DNA of 64,000 bases from Chlamydiales bacterium (GTDB lineage Bacteria; Chlamydiota; Chlamydiia; Chlamydiales; JAAKFR01): the NCBI GenBank assembly GCA_024233495.1, contig JACKPM010000002.1, positions 224,541-288,540 on the forward strand, written 5' to 3'. Every line of letters starts with the position of its first letter. The stretch's first letter is position 1. Positions 1 to 10,053 of the stretch are shown one piece after another. The notes below the pieces were generated by a model. It saw only the letters and a list, made by a program, of their open reading frames with translations, made no database searches and was not told the DNA's origin. The position numbers were made by a program, and so were the translations under genes.

Positions 1-1
1 T

Positions 2-1087
2 TCGGCGCGCAAGATCAAAGAGGAGACGTATGGTGGGAAGTACATCAACTCTCCGGAGACGCAACTTTTCAAAAAGTCGCGTCACCTTTTTGGGCTCAAT
101 TACAGCCGCCGCCGCATTGTGAAGGATCGCCGAGCGCTCCTTGTGGAGGGGCAGATTGACTGCTTAAAACTCATCGAAGCGGGGCTCGACTACACTGTCG
201 CTGCGCTCGGCACAGCATTTGGCGAAGGGCATGTCACCGCTCTCAAAAATCTCGGCGTGCATCAAGTAAAGATCGCTTTTGACTCTGACACAGCTGGGGT
301 GAAGGCTGCCTCCAAAGCGGGTGATCTCTTCCAAAAGGTGGGCATTGAAGTGGAGGTGATCACGCTTCCAGACGGAAGCGACCCCGACACCTTCCTCAAA
401 GAGCACGGCTTGGAAAAGTTTCAAGCGCTTCCCTCTCATGATTACCTCACCTACCAAATGCACTATTTGGCTAAGACGTTTGACCTCAAGTCGCCCGCTG
501 CCAAAGCCGAGCTCGTCAAGCAGCTCACAGCGCAAATCAAAGCGTGGGATGACCCCGTCATGGTGCATGAGAGTTTGCGCAAACTTGCCCAGCTCACCCG
601 CCTCCCCGAAGAGATGATCGGCGTCTCCTACAAAGCGCCCCGCTACGTGCGCGCCAATGGCGCGAACCCCAAACTTGATCCCAACCATCTCCTCGAAATC
701 GACCTGCTCCGCATTCTCCTCCAAGGGGAAAGCGCATTTCGCGACACTGTACAACGCTTTATCTCTTCTCCAGATTTCATGATTCCAGCTTGCCGAAAAC
801 TCTATAACGCCTACCTCAAGGCAGACGAGACCGACCTCTTCTCCATCATGGCCGACATCGATGACCCCGCCATCGAAGCGTGCGTCGACGAAATCATGAG
901 CAAAAAGATCAACCGAGATAAAGCAGAGGAGATCTTCCTTCTCTCTGTGCAACGCATCGTCGACCGAAGCTGGCTTGCCAAAAGAGAGGCGATCAAAAAA
1001 GAGATTCTCACTATCACCAGTGACGACGAAAAGCTTGCGCTCGCGAAAAAGTTTGATGCCACAACTAGACCTGAGGTGCGCCTTTGA
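2..1087 (+). CDS. dnaG: DNA primase DnaG, C-terminal part (5' end outside window)
   Basis: Frame 2 is open from the window edge. It reads ...GKYINSPETQLFKKSRHLFGL..., followed by TOPRIM motifs LVEGQIDCLKL and AFDSDTAG. A C-terminal helical region follows. Confidence 0.9.
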   Translation, partial: SARKIKEETYGGKYINSPETQLFKKSRHLFGLNYSRRRIVKDRRALLVEGQIDCLKLIEAGLDYTVAALGTAFGEGHVTALKNLGVHQVKIAFDSDTAGVKAASKAGDLFQKVGIEVEVITLPDGSDPDTFLKEHGLEKFQALPSHDYLTYQMHYLAKTFDLKSPAAKAELVKQLTAQIKAWDDPVMVHESLRKLAQLTRLPEEMIGVSYKAPRYVRANGANPKLDPNHLLEIDLLRILLQGESAFRDTVQRFISSPDFMIPACRKLYNAYLKADETDLFSIMADIDDPAIEACVDEIMSKKINRDKAEEIFLLSVQRIVDRSWLAKREAIKKEILTITSDDEKLALAKKFDATTRPEVRL

Positions 1088-1428
1088 ATCTCATCTTGTT
1101 CGACGGACCTTGCCCCCTTTGTCACAAAGCCGTGCACTGGATCGCCGCACACGATAAGAAAGATCTTTTTCGCTACTCCACCCTCCAAGGAGAGACAGCC
1201 AAGCAGTTTGCTCTTCCCAAAACCGACAGCGTCGTGCTTATCGAGGATTTTGATAGACACCCGAAAATCTACATAGAAGGGGAGGCGCTCAAAAGGATTG
1301 CGCCCCGCTTCAAATGGATCCCCACAAAAATGCTCAATTGGGCTTACCGAAAAATTGCGAAAGAGCGCTACCGCCTCTGCCGTTGCACAACCGATCTTTC
1401 ACACATCAAACCCAAAATCCTACCCTGA
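1084..1428 (+). CDS. DCC-family thiol-disulfide oxidoreductase (DUF393/YuxK-like)
   Basis: 114 aa. The N-terminal ILFDGPCPLCH CxxC motif is typical of DUF393. The TTG start overlaps the dnaG stop by 4 nt. Confidence 0.7.
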   Translation: MNLILFDGPCPLCHKAVHWIAAHDKKDLFRYSTLQGETAKQFALPKTDSVVLIEDFDRHPKIYIEGEALKRIAPRFKWIPTKMLNWAYRKIAKERYRLCRCTTDLSHIKPKILP

Positions 1429-1431
1429 TGC

Positions 1432-1452
1432 GGCCAGGGCGTTGCCCTGGCC
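1432..1452. terminator. GC-rich hairpin between convergent genes (candidate terminator)
   Basis: GGCCAGGGC-gtt-GCCCTGGCC is a perfect 9-bp stem 4 nt after the DCC stop. A weak T tract (CTTTTG) lies a few nt downstream. Confidence 0.45.
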
Positions 1453-1466
1453 GCCCACCCTTTTGT

Positions 1467-1489
1467 GCGAGGCGGCGAAGCCGCCTCGC
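1467..1489. terminator. second GC-rich hairpin between convergent genes (candidate terminator)
   Basis: GCGAGGCGGC-gaa-GCCGCCTCGC is a perfect 10-bp stem about 10 nt from the stop of the minus-strand XRE gene. There is no clear U tract. Confidence 0.4.
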
Positions 1490-1499
1490 ATAAATAGGT

Positions 1500-1715
1500 T
1501 TAAACCTCTTCTTCAGAGATAAACTCGAGTATGTCGCCGGGTTGGCATTCGAGCTCTTTGCAGATCGCCTCTAACGTGCTCATGCGGATCGCTTTTGCTT
1601 TCCCCCTCTTCAAAATGGAGAGGTTCTGCTCGGTAATCCCAATCGCCTCAGCTAGCTTTTTAGAGAGCATTTTGCGCTTGGCCAATAATACATCTAACCG
1701 CACTTCAATCGGCAT
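1500..1715 (-). CDS. short XRE/Cro-C1 family HTH transcriptional regulator (YozG-like)
   Basis: 71 aa. The HTH reads LSKKLAEAIGITEQNLSILKRGKAKAIRMSTLEAICKEL. The size and sequence are typical of short single-domain XRE regulators. Confidence 0.8.
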   Translation of the reverse strand: MPIEVRLDVLLAKRKMLSKKLAEAIGITEQNLSILKRGKAKAIRMSTLEAICKELECQPGDILEFISEEEV

Positions 1716-1716
1716 T

Positions 1717-2265
1717 TTAGATCACCCCCTCCTGCTCTTCGCGCATAATCACAGCCCTTTCAAAAACCCAAGAGGCAAGCAAAATAGCAAGCCCAATCAA
1801 GAGAACTTCTAGTTGCGCAATTCCAAGAGAGAGCGCAATCACACGATCTCCAATTGGATTTGTGTAGGTCAGGGTTAAACTTAAGAGAGCGCAGTAGAGT
1901 GGATGCACAAGCTGACTGAACATAAGCATCCAACCCACCCGCTTTAGTGGTGTCACATTGCGCGCTTCAAAAATCTCTCCTTTTTGAAAGGCTGAAAAGA
2001 GCTGGCTCAAAAATGCAAAAGCGGCAACAAGAAACGCGATTGGAATTAAGTTCACCAAAAAGGCTAAAAACTTTTGCAGGTCGCTCAAATTCTCCCACGT
2101 GATGGGCACTGAGCCAAATTGAGAGAGCGCTTTTACACCAAAAAAGGGTGTTAAAAATGGATAGCCACTTGTGATCCAGTATCCCGCCTCAATCACAGGC
2201 AATAAAATACAGACAGCAATCGCGCACCACTTGAGTAAACTGCTAATGGAATGAATTTTTTTCAT
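1717..2265 (-). CDS. four-TM membrane protein, DUF2975-like partner of the XRE regulator
   Basis: 182 aa counted from ATG 2265, with GGAGG 6 nt upstream. It has four hydrophobic helices. Its stop lies 1 nt before the XRE start. The upstream extension of the 225-aa ORF overlaps glyQS and was discarded. The family assignment comes from architecture and gene pairing only. Confidence 0.55.
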   Translation of the reverse strand: MKKIHSISSLLKWCAIAVCILLPVIEAGYWITSGYPFLTPFFGVKALSQFGSVPITWENLSDLQKFLAFLVNLIPIAFLVAAFAFLSQLFSAFQKGEIFEARNVTPLKRVGWMLMFSQLVHPLYCALLSLTLTYTNPIGDRVIALSLGIAQLEVLLIGLAILLASWVFERAVIMREEQEGVI

Positions 2266-2287
2266 GTCACACCTCCGAATGACTGAA

Positions 2288-2316
2288 ATTATCGAAAGAC
2301 GATGATTTATTGTCAA
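2288..2316 (-). promoter_or_regulatory. sigma-70-like promoter for the membrane-protein/XRE operon
   Basis: The minus strand reads TTGACA-17 nt-GATAAT, then about 11 nt, GGAGG, 6 nt and ATG (2265). An inverted repeat TTTATTG-n8-CAATAAA (2306..2327) overlaps the -35. Confidence 0.5.
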
Positions 2317-2329
2317 TTTGCAATAAATA

Positions 2330-5266
2330 TTAGCGGAGTTTGCTGAAGTCGACGAGGCTGTCAAAGAGCATTTGTACGTCGCGGAGCAGGGCAATGCGGT
2401 TTTTACGCGTGGGCAGGTCGTCCGCCATCACCTTCACCTCATCAAAGAGGCGCTGAATTGGCGCATGTAGTTTAGAGAGATCTTCAAATGTAGAAAGCCC
2501 TTGCATTTGCTTGTAGAGCTCTTTTTCTGCCTCTTCATTGAAGAGCTTGGGGTCAGCTTTCCCTGTCTTCTCTTTCTCTGAAGCAAGGATTTTGTGCACA
2601 CGGGTATACGCTTCAAGCAGTTTAGTAAACTCTTCTCTAGAACGAAACTGGTTGAGCTCTTGCAGCAGTGTATAGGCAGCATAGATGTCATCAACGCCGT
2701 AGGCAAGCACTGCTTCAATCGAATCTTTGGGGAAGCCGAGTTCGACAAAGTAGTTGCGCAGGCGGCTGAGCAAGAAGCTATTGATTTCGTCTGAGGGGTC
2801 TTGTTTGAGGTATTGCGCTCCCTCTTTGAGGAGCTTTTTTGTAGAGAAGTTAAGCTTTTTCTCACACGCAATTTTGATGAGGCCGAGCGCTTGTCTACGG
2901 AGCGCGAAGGGGTCGCTTGAGCTTGTCGGTTTGAGCCCAATTGAAAAGTAGCTGAGTAGGTTGTCAAGTTTCTCTGCGATGCTGAGCAGGGTGCCGCAAT
3001 CCGTCTTTGGAAGGGGCGCTTTTTCTCCCCGCGGCATCCAATGTTCATCGATCGCTGAGGCGACCTCTGGGTCAAACCCTTGCTTTTGGGCATAGAGTTT
3101 GCCGACCACCCCTTGCAATTCAGGGAACTCACCAACGAGCTCTGTCGCAAGGTCAGCTTTACAAAAAGCAGCGGCTTGCGTAGCGAGCTCAAGAGGGCAG
3201 AGGGGGAGGTGTTTGTGCACGAGCGTCACCATCTTTTCAAGACGCTCTACTTTTTGTGCAACGGTGCCGAGCTCTTGCTGGAAGGTGATCACCTCTAGCT
3301 TTTTGCAAAACTCGGAGAGCGGCTTTTTAAGGTCCTCTTCATAGAGGAAGACACCATCTGCGAGGCGAGGTGAGAGCGCACACTCATGGCCGTGTTTGAT
3401 GAGATCGGAGGGGGTATTGTTCGAAACGACGATGAAATGCGGTTCGAGTGCGCCTCGCTCATCCACAAGGGGGAAGTATTTTTGGTGCTCGATCATTTCC
3501 GAGACGAGTACTTCTTTCGGAGCACGCAAATAGCCACTGTCAAAATTGCCCAAAATCACAAAGGGCCACTCCACAAGATTAACCACTTGCGGCATCACTC
3601 TCTCAGGCTCATAGAGCCGCTTTTTCAGCTTGAAAATTTCGTCGGCAATCATCTTTTTGCGTTCAAGCGGATCGGCGAGCACGTGCGCTTTGCGTAAAGA
3701 GGAGACGTAAGTATCAGGGCGAGAAATGGAAATCTCTTTAGGATGGAGCTGCCGATGCCCCCAAGATTTGCGGTCAGAGAGAATGTTACCTACAACAAAG
3801 GGGACCACTTCTTTGCCATAAAGCGCGACAATCCAACGAAGAGGGCGCGCGAAAGTAATGTCGAGATCAGACCACCGCATCTTTTTAGGAAAGTCTAGAC
3901 CCAAGATGAGGCTGGGCAACTCTCGTGCAAGCAAAGCACGTGTTGAGATGCCAGGTGACGTATACGAAGCAAAGAGATAGTCAGTTCCCTTCAAATTGCG
4001 CACTTCTACGTTAGGGGAGAGGTTCTTTTTTGTGCATGGTTCGATGTCAAGAGAGTGGAAAAAGCCAGAACCCGCACGAGTGGGATTGCCCTCGCCATCA
4101 AAAGCTGCTGAGAGTGCAGGTCCCTTCTTTTCCAGATGCTTTGGCTCTGTACCACCTGCAAGCTCCTTTACAATCACTGCAAGGCGGCGCGGCGTGCCAT
4201 ATGTTTCGATAGAGGAGAAACTGATCTCTTGCTCTTTCAAGAGCTTCTCAATTGCGTACTTCAGGTTTGAGATGCCACCATTCACAAATGTAGCAGGGAG
4301 CTCTTCACACCCAATTTCAAGAAGGAAGTCGGCACGCTCTTCAGGATCGCACGCCTCAGAAGGGGCAGGAGCAACAGGATAAACGCGTGGCTCTAGTTTG
4401 CGCAGCAAAGGGAAGTTCTGCTCTTTGCGCGACTCCACATACTTCTCAGCAGCATATTTTGCCAGCGCACGCACACGCCCAATGTAGCGTGCTCTCTCAG
4501 TTACACTAATCGAGCCGCGCGCATCAAGCATGTTGAAAGCGTGCGATGCCTTCATCACAAAGTCATAAGCTGGGATAGGAAGGTTTGCATCTGATAGGCG
4601 CTTCGATTCTCGCTCAAAGTCGTCAAAGTGCTGCTTCCACATCTGCGCATCAGATTGCTCAAAGTTGTAGGTACTCCACTCCCACTCATTGCGCTTGAAA
4701 AGGTCGCCATAGCGGTACGTCTCATTCCATTGCAAATCAAAAATAGAGTTAACGCCCTGCAGATAGAGCGCAAGACGCTCTAAGCCGTAGGTGAGCTCAC
4801 CTGTTACTGGAGAGACAGGAAGGCCACCCACTGCTTGGAAGTAGGTGAACTGCGTCACCTCCATGCCGTCAGCCCAAACTTCCCAGCCAAGGCCCCATGC
4901 GCCAATCGTTGGGTTCTCCCAATCGTCGTGTACAAAACGTATATCATGCTTCGACAAATGCAAGCCAATCGCATCAAGAGAGCCCAAGTAGAGCTCTTGC
5001 AAGTTAAGCGGAGAAGGTTTGAAAATCACCTGCATCTGGTGGTAAAACTGCACACGATTTGGATTGTCTCCATATCGCCCATCTTTCGGACGACGAGAAG
5101 GCTCTACGTATACAGATGCATAAGGCTCTGGTCCTAAGCAGCGTAAAAAGGTTGCGGGATTGAGTGTACCAGCGCCCACTTCGAGGTCGTACCCTTGTTG
5201 GACAAGGCAGCCTTGCTTTGCCCAATACTCGGTCAGGACGGTGATCATCTCTTGAAAAGTCAACAT
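2330..5266 (-). CDS. glyQS: glycine--tRNA ligase, fused alpha and beta subunits
   Basis: 978 aa from ATG 5266 ([20 protein letters not shown]...). The N-terminal region is GlyQ-like ([29 protein letters not shown]). The long C-terminal part is GlyS-like. Confidence 0.93.
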   Translation of the reverse strand: MLTFQEMITVLTEYWAKQGCLVQQGYDLEVGAGTLNPATFLRCLGPEPYASVYVEPSRRPKDGRYGDNPNRVQFYHQMQVIFKPSPLNLQELYLGSLDAIGLHLSKHDIRFVHDDWENPTIGAWGLGWEVWADGMEVTQFTYFQAVGGLPVSPVTGELTYGLERLALYLQGVNSIFDLQWNETYRYGDLFKRNEWEWSTYNFEQSDAQMWKQHFDDFERESKRLSDANLPIPAYDFVMKASHAFNMLDARGSISVTERARYIGRVRALAKYAAEKYVESRKEQNFPLLRKLEPRVYPVAPAPSEACDPEERADFLLEIGCEELPATFVNGGISNLKYAIEKLLKEQEISFSSIETYGTPRRLAVIVKELAGGTEPKHLEKKGPALSAAFDGEGNPTRAGSGFFHSLDIEPCTKKNLSPNVEVRNLKGTDYLFASYTSPGISTRALLARELPSLILGLDFPKKMRWSDLDITFARPLRWIVALYGKEVVPFVVGNILSDRKSWGHRQLHPKEISISRPDTYVSSLRKAHVLADPLERKKMIADEIFKLKKRLYEPERVMPQVVNLVEWPFVILGNFDSGYLRAPKEVLVSEMIEHQKYFPLVDERGALEPHFIVVSNNTPSDLIKHGHECALSPRLADGVFLYEEDLKKPLSEFCKKLEVITFQQELGTVAQKVERLEKMVTLVHKHLPLCPLELATQAAAFCKADLATELVGEFPELQGVVGKLYAQKQGFDPEVASAIDEHWMPRGEKAPLPKTDCGTLLSIAEKLDNLLSYFSIGLKPTSSSDPFALRRQALGLIKIACEKKLNFSTKKLLKEGAQYLKQDPSDEINSFLLSRLRNYFVELGFPKDSIEAVLAYGVDDIYAAYTLLQELNQFRSREEFTKLLEAYTRVHKILASEKEKTGKADPKLFNEEAEKELYKQMQGLSTFEDLSKLHAPIQRLFDEVKVMADDLPTRKNRIALLRDVQMLFDSLVDFSKLR

Positions 5267-5305
5267 TGTTTGAGAACTATAAACAAAAATGGTATCCCTT
5301 GCAAT

Positions 5306-6157
5306 ATGCATAGCGCGAAATCGAAAAAAAAATGGGTAGAGGAGATTGAGAGGAGTTTTACTCCTAAGCCGCGCACCGAAGAGGTGCATCTCTCGCTCAT
5401 TTTGCCCACCTATAACTGTGGTGCAACGATTGATCGCACGCTTGATTCAATCAGACGGCAGCACTACCCTTCGCTTGAGGTGATTGTTGTTGATGCAGGG
5501 TCGACAGACCAGACGCATGCGATTTTAGCTGAATATGCACAGCTCATTACGCGGGTTTATAGCGTCTCTGGGCACAATATCGCAGAGATGATCAACAGAG
5601 GGACAGCCCTAGCTTCAGGGGACTACATTGCCGTCCTCTATCCGGGAAGCTGTTATTTGAGTAACCAAACCTACAATATCTTTGCTGAGGCTGTCCTTGA
5701 CTACGCCCACCCTGACCTTGTTTATTGCGGCACGACGAGTAGCCGTAGCATGCTCCTCATCAATAGCACCTGCCATGAACTTTCGCTCAAGGAGATCAAA
5801 AGGGGGCGCTTTCCGGTGATCATAGGAGGGTGTTGGATCAGGCGAGACTTCTTCCTCAAGTTGGGAAAACTCAATCCAAACTATAAAATGCGCTTCATGT
5901 TTGATATGCTATGCCGTATCATGAAGCAACCCAAGAAAAGACTTGTGCATCTCGATCGCTCCCTTGTCGAGTCCGACCTTGCTCTTGTTGCCCAAGTTAA
6001 AGGCAGAGAGCTTGCTTTTCCTTGGGATACATGGAAAATTTTGAAACATCACTTTGGTACATGGGCAGCTTTGCGCTGGTTTGCCTCCTTGCCCTTTACG
6101 ATTGTAGTAAAACTTTTTTGGCGCGCCCTCAAAAAGCAGATTTTCGAAGAGAAATAA
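5306..6157 (+). CDS. family 2 glycosyltransferase
   Basis: [42 protein letters not shown] is a classic GT2 N-terminus. The start was chosen at the first ATG that does not overlap glyQS, so it is uncertain. Confidence 0.78.
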   Translation: MHSAKSKKKWVEEIERSFTPKPRTEEVHLSLILPTYNCGATIDRTLDSIRRQHYPSLEVIVVDAGSTDQTHAILAEYAQLITRVYSVSGHNIAEMINRGTALASGDYIAVLYPGSCYLSNQTYNIFAEAVLDYAHPDLVYCGTTSSRSMLLINSTCHELSLKEIKRGRFPVIIGGCWIRRDFFLKLGKLNPNYKMRFMFDMLCRIMKQPKKRLVHLDRSLVESDLALVAQVKGRELAFPWDTWKILKHHFGTWAALRWFASLPFTIVVKLFWRALKKQIFEEK

Positions 6158-6184
6158 GATTTTGTATGTTATAATATTCTATCT

Positions 6185-7315
6185 ATGACAGAGTATTTGT
6201 CTACCAATCGAAATTGTTTGCTTTGGCGGCAAGATTACCAAGGTAATGTGCGTCCTGCTGGTGCCTATATCGCTGGGATGGTAGGTTATGCCTTCTCAAT
6301 TGTGACGCGCACCATCTATGTGGCGATTCGTGCCATCGTAATGGTTGCCCGTTTCTTCATTGCTGTGGGCTCGACACTTTTTTGGTATGGCGATGTAAAG
6401 CAAAAGTGGAAAGATCTGGGTGTCTCTGTGCTCACATTTGGAGGGTCGCTCCTCGAGCTAGCGAATACGGGTGTGGGTACAATCTGTCCTCCTCTCGCTT
6501 ACAAGATCGATGAGTGGCTCTATCAAAGAGGGGGTGTGATGGAGCACAATGCTTTTATCACAAAGTGGGTTGAGCCAGTGGATGTGCGGCTCGCCCCTCT
6601 GGCGCCTTGGCCCTCCCCAGACGGTGATGATGCTCTTGAGCGAGCACAAATAGCGCTGATTGAATTGTTTGAGCAGCATGAGCAAGAGGAGCGCGAGGCG
6701 CAGTTGGCATCGCAGTGCGCGCGTTTTAAAAAGGCTGCACGTCGTGCTTTTACCACAATGAAAAGAGAAGGCGTTTTGCCAAAAACTTCTGATAGTGACG
6801 ATGTGCTCTCTCTTGAAGATGTTGCGATTTACTATGGAGAGACGCAAAAGGTTTGCTCAGCTGCAGTGGTGGCTGCGATGCTGCAGGGGGGAAAAGGGGG
6901 TGTACTCAGAAGGACGGTATTAGCAATCTACGATCAGAAAGCTGAATATGCACAGCTTCGACAACAACGTGCAGTAATCGCCCGCGCGTTGCAAAGGCAG
7001 TATGGAGGCAACGTGCCCCCTGGACAGCTCGTGGAACTAGCTGACGTAGACGGCCAGCTTAGGCTCTTTGAGGCAGAAAAAGCTCGATTGGAAGCGGGAA
7101 TCCAAGACGCTGAGAGCAAACTCAGCGAAGTTTCACTTGAGTCCTGCATTCAACATCTTGCCAATTACAGACCAAATCCAGCAGTCCCAATAGATCCAGC
7201 TGTCGCCTCCTTCGCTGAGGCTGTAAAAGAGGTGGGAGTAAAGCTTGCCACTGCGCTGCGGCAAGACTGGGAGGCGCTGTGGCGCCCCTTTTTCCAAAAA
7301 GTTTTCATGCCTTGA
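6185..7315 (+). CDS. hypothetical membrane protein with paired N-terminal hydrophobic helices and a coiled-coil-like C-terminal region
   Basis: 376 aa. Hydrophobic segments are GAYIAGMVGYAFSIVTRTIYVAI, AIVMVARFFIAVGSTLFWY and LGVSVLTFGGSLLELANTGVG. These are followed by charged heptad-like stretches (EQHEQEEREAQLASQ, LRLFEAEKARLEAGIQDAESKL). I recognise no family. Confidence 0.6.
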   Translation: MTEYLSTNRNCLLWRQDYQGNVRPAGAYIAGMVGYAFSIVTRTIYVAIRAIVMVARFFIAVGSTLFWYGDVKQKWKDLGVSVLTFGGSLLELANTGVGTICPPLAYKIDEWLYQRGGVMEHNAFITKWVEPVDVRLAPLAPWPSPDGDDALERAQIALIELFEQHEQEEREAQLASQCARFKKAARRAFTTMKREGVLPKTSDSDDVLSLEDVAIYYGETQKVCSAAVVAAMLQGGKGGVLRRTVLAIYDQKAEYAQLRQQRAVIARALQRQYGGNVPPGQLVELADVDGQLRLFEAEKARLEAGIQDAESKLSEVSLESCIQHLANYRPNPAVPIDPAVASFAEAVKEVGVKLATALRQDWEALWRPFFQKVFMP

Positions 7316-7373
7316 ACTTAAATAGATCCTTCGTTATTTTCGGAGCTTTTACAACTAATTAGAGGCTCTTCCT

Positions 7374-7976
7374 TTGGGCGTTGCGAACTACCTCACATTC
7401 ACCCGCATCTTCATCAGCCCCATCTTCATGTTTCTCTATCTTGAGTATGAGCTGCTGGGAATTAGCTTTGTTTGGCTTCCCTATATCCTCCTTTTCCTCC
7501 TGCTTGTCTCAGAGTTGTCCGATGCCTTTGATGGCTATTTTGCGCGCAAATTGAGTCAGGTTACTGACTTAGGAAAAATTTTAGACCCCATGGCTGATAG
7601 CATTTATCGTATCAGTGTCTTTTTAACCTTCACACGTCCACCTGTGAGCGTACCGCTCCTTTTGGTCTTTGTCTTTCTCTATCGGGATTCTGTGATCAGC
7701 ACATTGCGCACGGTGTGTGCCTTGCGTGGTTTTGCTTTGGCAGCGCGTTCGACAGGGAAGATCAAGGCTGTGATTCAGGCGATTGCGACCTTTGTGATCA
7801 CAATCATTTTGATTCCCTACTCTTTGGGTTACATGAGTGGGGCCACCATGCGCATGACAGCGACTATCGCAACGGCTGTGGCAGCGGCGTATGCGCTCTA
7901 TGCTGGGGTGGAGTATTTGTGGGCGAATCGCGACTATGTCATCCGTCTACTTCGACGGGAGAAGGGCAGCAACTAG
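7374..7976 (+). CDS. pgsA: CDP-alcohol phosphatidyltransferase (PgsA-like)
   Basis: The CDP-alcohol motif is DAFDGYFARKLSQVTDLGKILDPMADS. The protein is multi-TM. The start is TTG, with GAGG about 10 nt upstream. Confidence 0.78.
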   Translation: MGVANYLTFTRIFISPIFMFLYLEYELLGISFVWLPYILLFLLLVSELSDAFDGYFARKLSQVTDLGKILDPMADSIYRISVFLTFTRPPVSVPLLLVFVFLYRDSVISTLRTVCALRGFALAARSTGKIKAVIQAIATFVITIILIPYSLGYMSGATMRMTATIATAVAAAYALYAGVEYLWANRDYVIRLLRREKGSN

Positions 7977-8448
7977 TTGTTTCGAATAAAGAGTTTTTAT
8001 CGCGCACACCGCGCGCTCTTACGCAGCTATGCTCTGCAATAACATTGACTACTACCTCCGTACTCAACGCATTTGCCAGCGTGCGTGCGATTTGATCTGT
8101 GAGACGTTCTTGCAGCTGAGGGCGGTTTGCAAAGTGGTGCACCACTTGATGAATTGTTCCAAGCCCTAAGATTGAGCCGTTGGGTACGTAGCTGACAGTT
8201 GTTTTCCCATACATAGGCAAGAAATGGTGCTCGCAAAAGCTCACAAATGAGATGTCATGCACCGTGATCTCTTGTGTACTCTCCCATGGAATAAGGGAGA
8301 TATCGGGGAAGTTGTCAGGAACAAGTCCCGTGAAAACCTCCTCTTCATACATTTTGGCAACGCGCGCAGGCGTCTTAGCAAGGCTTGGATCGTTGAGATC
8401 TAGGCCAAGCAGCTCCATGATTTTTGCAAAGTGGTACTCAATGCTCAT
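7939..8448 (-). CDS. folE: GTP cyclohydrolase I
   Basis: FCEHHFLPMYGKTTVSYVP and HHFANRPQLQERLTDQIA are FolE signatures. The start overlaps the stop of the upstream ABC-F gene (ATGA). Confidence 0.9.
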   Translation of the reverse strand: MSIEYHFAKIMELLGLDLNDPSLAKTPARVAKMYEEEVFTGLVPDNFPDISLIPWESTQEITVHDISFVSFCEHHFLPMYGKTTVSYVPNGSILGLGTIHQVVHHFANRPQLQERLTDQIARTLANALSTEVVVNVIAEHSCVRARGVRDKNSLFETTSCCPSPVEVDG

Positions 8449-10025
8449 CTTTGGGCCAAATAATCTTCTAGAGGACCGTCATAAGTGTGAATGCCATCGG
8501 CCTCAAAAGCGATGATTTTTGTTGCAAAATCCTCGATCAATGTGCGGTCATGTGCCACAACAACAGCTGTTCCTTTATAATCTTTCAAGCCCCAAGCAAG
8601 TGCACTCACTGCCTCAAGGTCTAGGTGACCGTTTGGCTCATCGAGAATAATGAAGTTGTGATCTTCCAGCATCATCCCGGCCAAAATGAGCCGCGCTGTC
8701 TCTCCTCCCGAAAGTGTCGCTACCTTTTTAAAGGCATCATCCCCACCAAAAAGCATCTTCCCAAGAACGCCGCGAATGTCTTGGTCATAGAGTCCCTCCT
8801 TACGGCAACGGAGCCAATCAAAGACATTTTCACTTCCTTCTTTGGAAACAAGGTCGCTGTGGTTTTGAGGGAAGTAGCTCTTGATTACTTGATGACCATA
8901 CTCCACTCCACCGTAGTCAGGGTCGAGCACGCCAGCCATCATCTTTGCAAGCGTTGTCTTTCCTCGTCCGTTGCTTCCAATAATGCCAATTTTGTCTCCG
9001 CGGTGAATCTCATACGAGAAATCCTCGATCACCTTCTTCCCATCATACCCCTTGGAGACATGCTCCAATTTGCACACAATCTTTCCAGATTGTAGCTCAG
9101 GCTTAGGGAAGCGCACATAGGGGCGCTGAATATTTGACTTCTTCAAATCTTGCGGCTGTAACCGCTCAATCTCTTTCTTTCTAGATTGTACCTGGCTCGC
9201 ACGTGTTCCCGCGCTGAACTTTGAAACGAACTCTTGCAATTGCTTGATCTTCTTTTCTTTTGACTTGATGTCAGCGGCATCTCTCTCCTGTGCTTGCGTC
9301 TTTGTAAGCACCATCTGATCGTAGTTGCCTGGATAGATAATCACAGTATCAAAATCGATATCAGCAATGTGCGTGGTCACTGAGTTAAGGAAGTGACGGT
9401 CGTGAGAGACTACAATGAGCGTACCGGTATAGCTGTGGAAAAACTCCTCTAACCATCCAATTGACTCAAAGTCGAGGTGGTTCGTCGGCTCGTCAAGAAG
9501 CAGCGCTTGAGGATTTCCAAAAAGAGCTTGGCAAAGAAGTGCGCGGAACTGAATATCAGTCGGAACATTCCGCATCTTCTCGCCATGCAGCTCTGACGTT
9601 ATGCCAGCGCCTGTCAAAAGTTCTTCAGCATTCGCCTCGGCACTGTACCCATCTTCTTCAGCTACAACTTCTTCGAGTTCTCCTAGGCGGATGCCAATTT
9701 CATCAGTCATCTCACCTTCATAAAGACGGTCGCGCTCTTCAAGAGCTGCCCAAAGACGCTCGTTACCCATGATCACAGTATCCATGAGCGTGTAATCTGC
9801 GAAGTCCTCAATGTTCTGCCGCAAGATGCCCACTTTCTCAGGGAGCGTCACACTGCCGGAGTTCTTATCCTCTTCGCCCATGATGATGCGCAAAAGAGTG
9901 GACTTTCCCGCCCCGTTAGGGCCTGTCAAGCCGTACCGATTGCCTGGGTTAAAGGTAACAGAAACTCCCCCAAAGAGAAGGCGGCTTCCAAAACTTTTTG
10001 AAATCTCATCTAAAACAATACTCAT
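8445..10025 (-). CDS. ABC-F family ATPase (two ABC domains, no TM domain)
   Basis: There are two Walker A motifs (GPNGAGKST, GSNGRGKTT) and two signature/Walker B sets (LSGGETARL...ILDEPNGHLD). A charged linker lies between the ABC domains. Confidence 0.9.
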   Translation of the reverse strand: MSIVLDEISKSFGSRLLFGGVSVTFNPGNRYGLTGPNGAGKSTLLRIIMGEEDKNSGSVTLPEKVGILRQNIEDFADYTLMDTVIMGNERLWAALEERDRLYEGEMTDEIGIRLGELEEVVAEEDGYSAEANAEELLTGAGITSELHGEKMRNVPTDIQFRALLCQALFGNPQALLLDEPTNHLDFESIGWLEEFFHSYTGTLIVVSHDRHFLNSVTTHIADIDFDTVIIYPGNYDQMVLTKTQAQERDAADIKSKEKKIKQLQEFVSKFSAGTRASQVQSRKKEIERLQPQDLKKSNIQRPYVRFPKPELQSGKIVCKLEHVSKGYDGKKVIEDFSYEIHRGDKIGIIGSNGRGKTTLAKMMAGVLDPDYGGVEYGHQVIKSYFPQNHSDLVSKEGSENVFDWLRCRKEGLYDQDIRGVLGKMLFGGDDAFKKVATLSGGETARLILAGMMLEDHNFIILDEPNGHLDLEAVSALAWGLKDYKGTAVVVAHDRTLIEDFATKIIAFEADGIHTYDGPLEDYLAQR

Positions 10026-10053
10026 GCCAAACAGTGTATCAGGTTAGAACTTT

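Noticed and set aside
164-952. Long antisense ORFs inside well-supported genes. Examples: 164..952(-) in dnaG, 2434..3192(-) out of frame in glyQS, 14827..15525(-) in glpG, 28142..28753(-) in comEC, 51333..52049(-) in accD, 57051..57650(+) in clpC, and 16407..16970(+) in lon.
   Set aside because: Their translations are low-complexity, or Arg/Ser/Cys-rich with no motifs. The opposite or alternate frame carries unambiguous family signatures. These are typical shadow ORFs in moderately GC-rich coding DNA.
5195-5305. The N-terminal extension of the glycosyltransferase ORF (start 5195), and the extensions of glyQS to 5389 and of the DUF2975-like ORF to 2394.
   Set aside because: The extensions overlap the neighbouring gene and lack family-like sequence. 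Internal ATGs (5306, 5266, 2265) coincide with where the conserved sequence begins. For 2265 a GGAGG site is also present.
7939-7976. Convergent gene-end overlaps as possible annotation errors or antisense regulation: pgsA/folE 38 nt, NUDIX/comEC 80 nt, hemD/effector 44 nt, and hydrolase/array-1 18 nt.
   Set aside because: In each case both ORFs run uninterrupted to their stops, and the overlapping tails are poorly conserved-looking C-termini. This is compatible with a compact genome, and I saw no specific signal.
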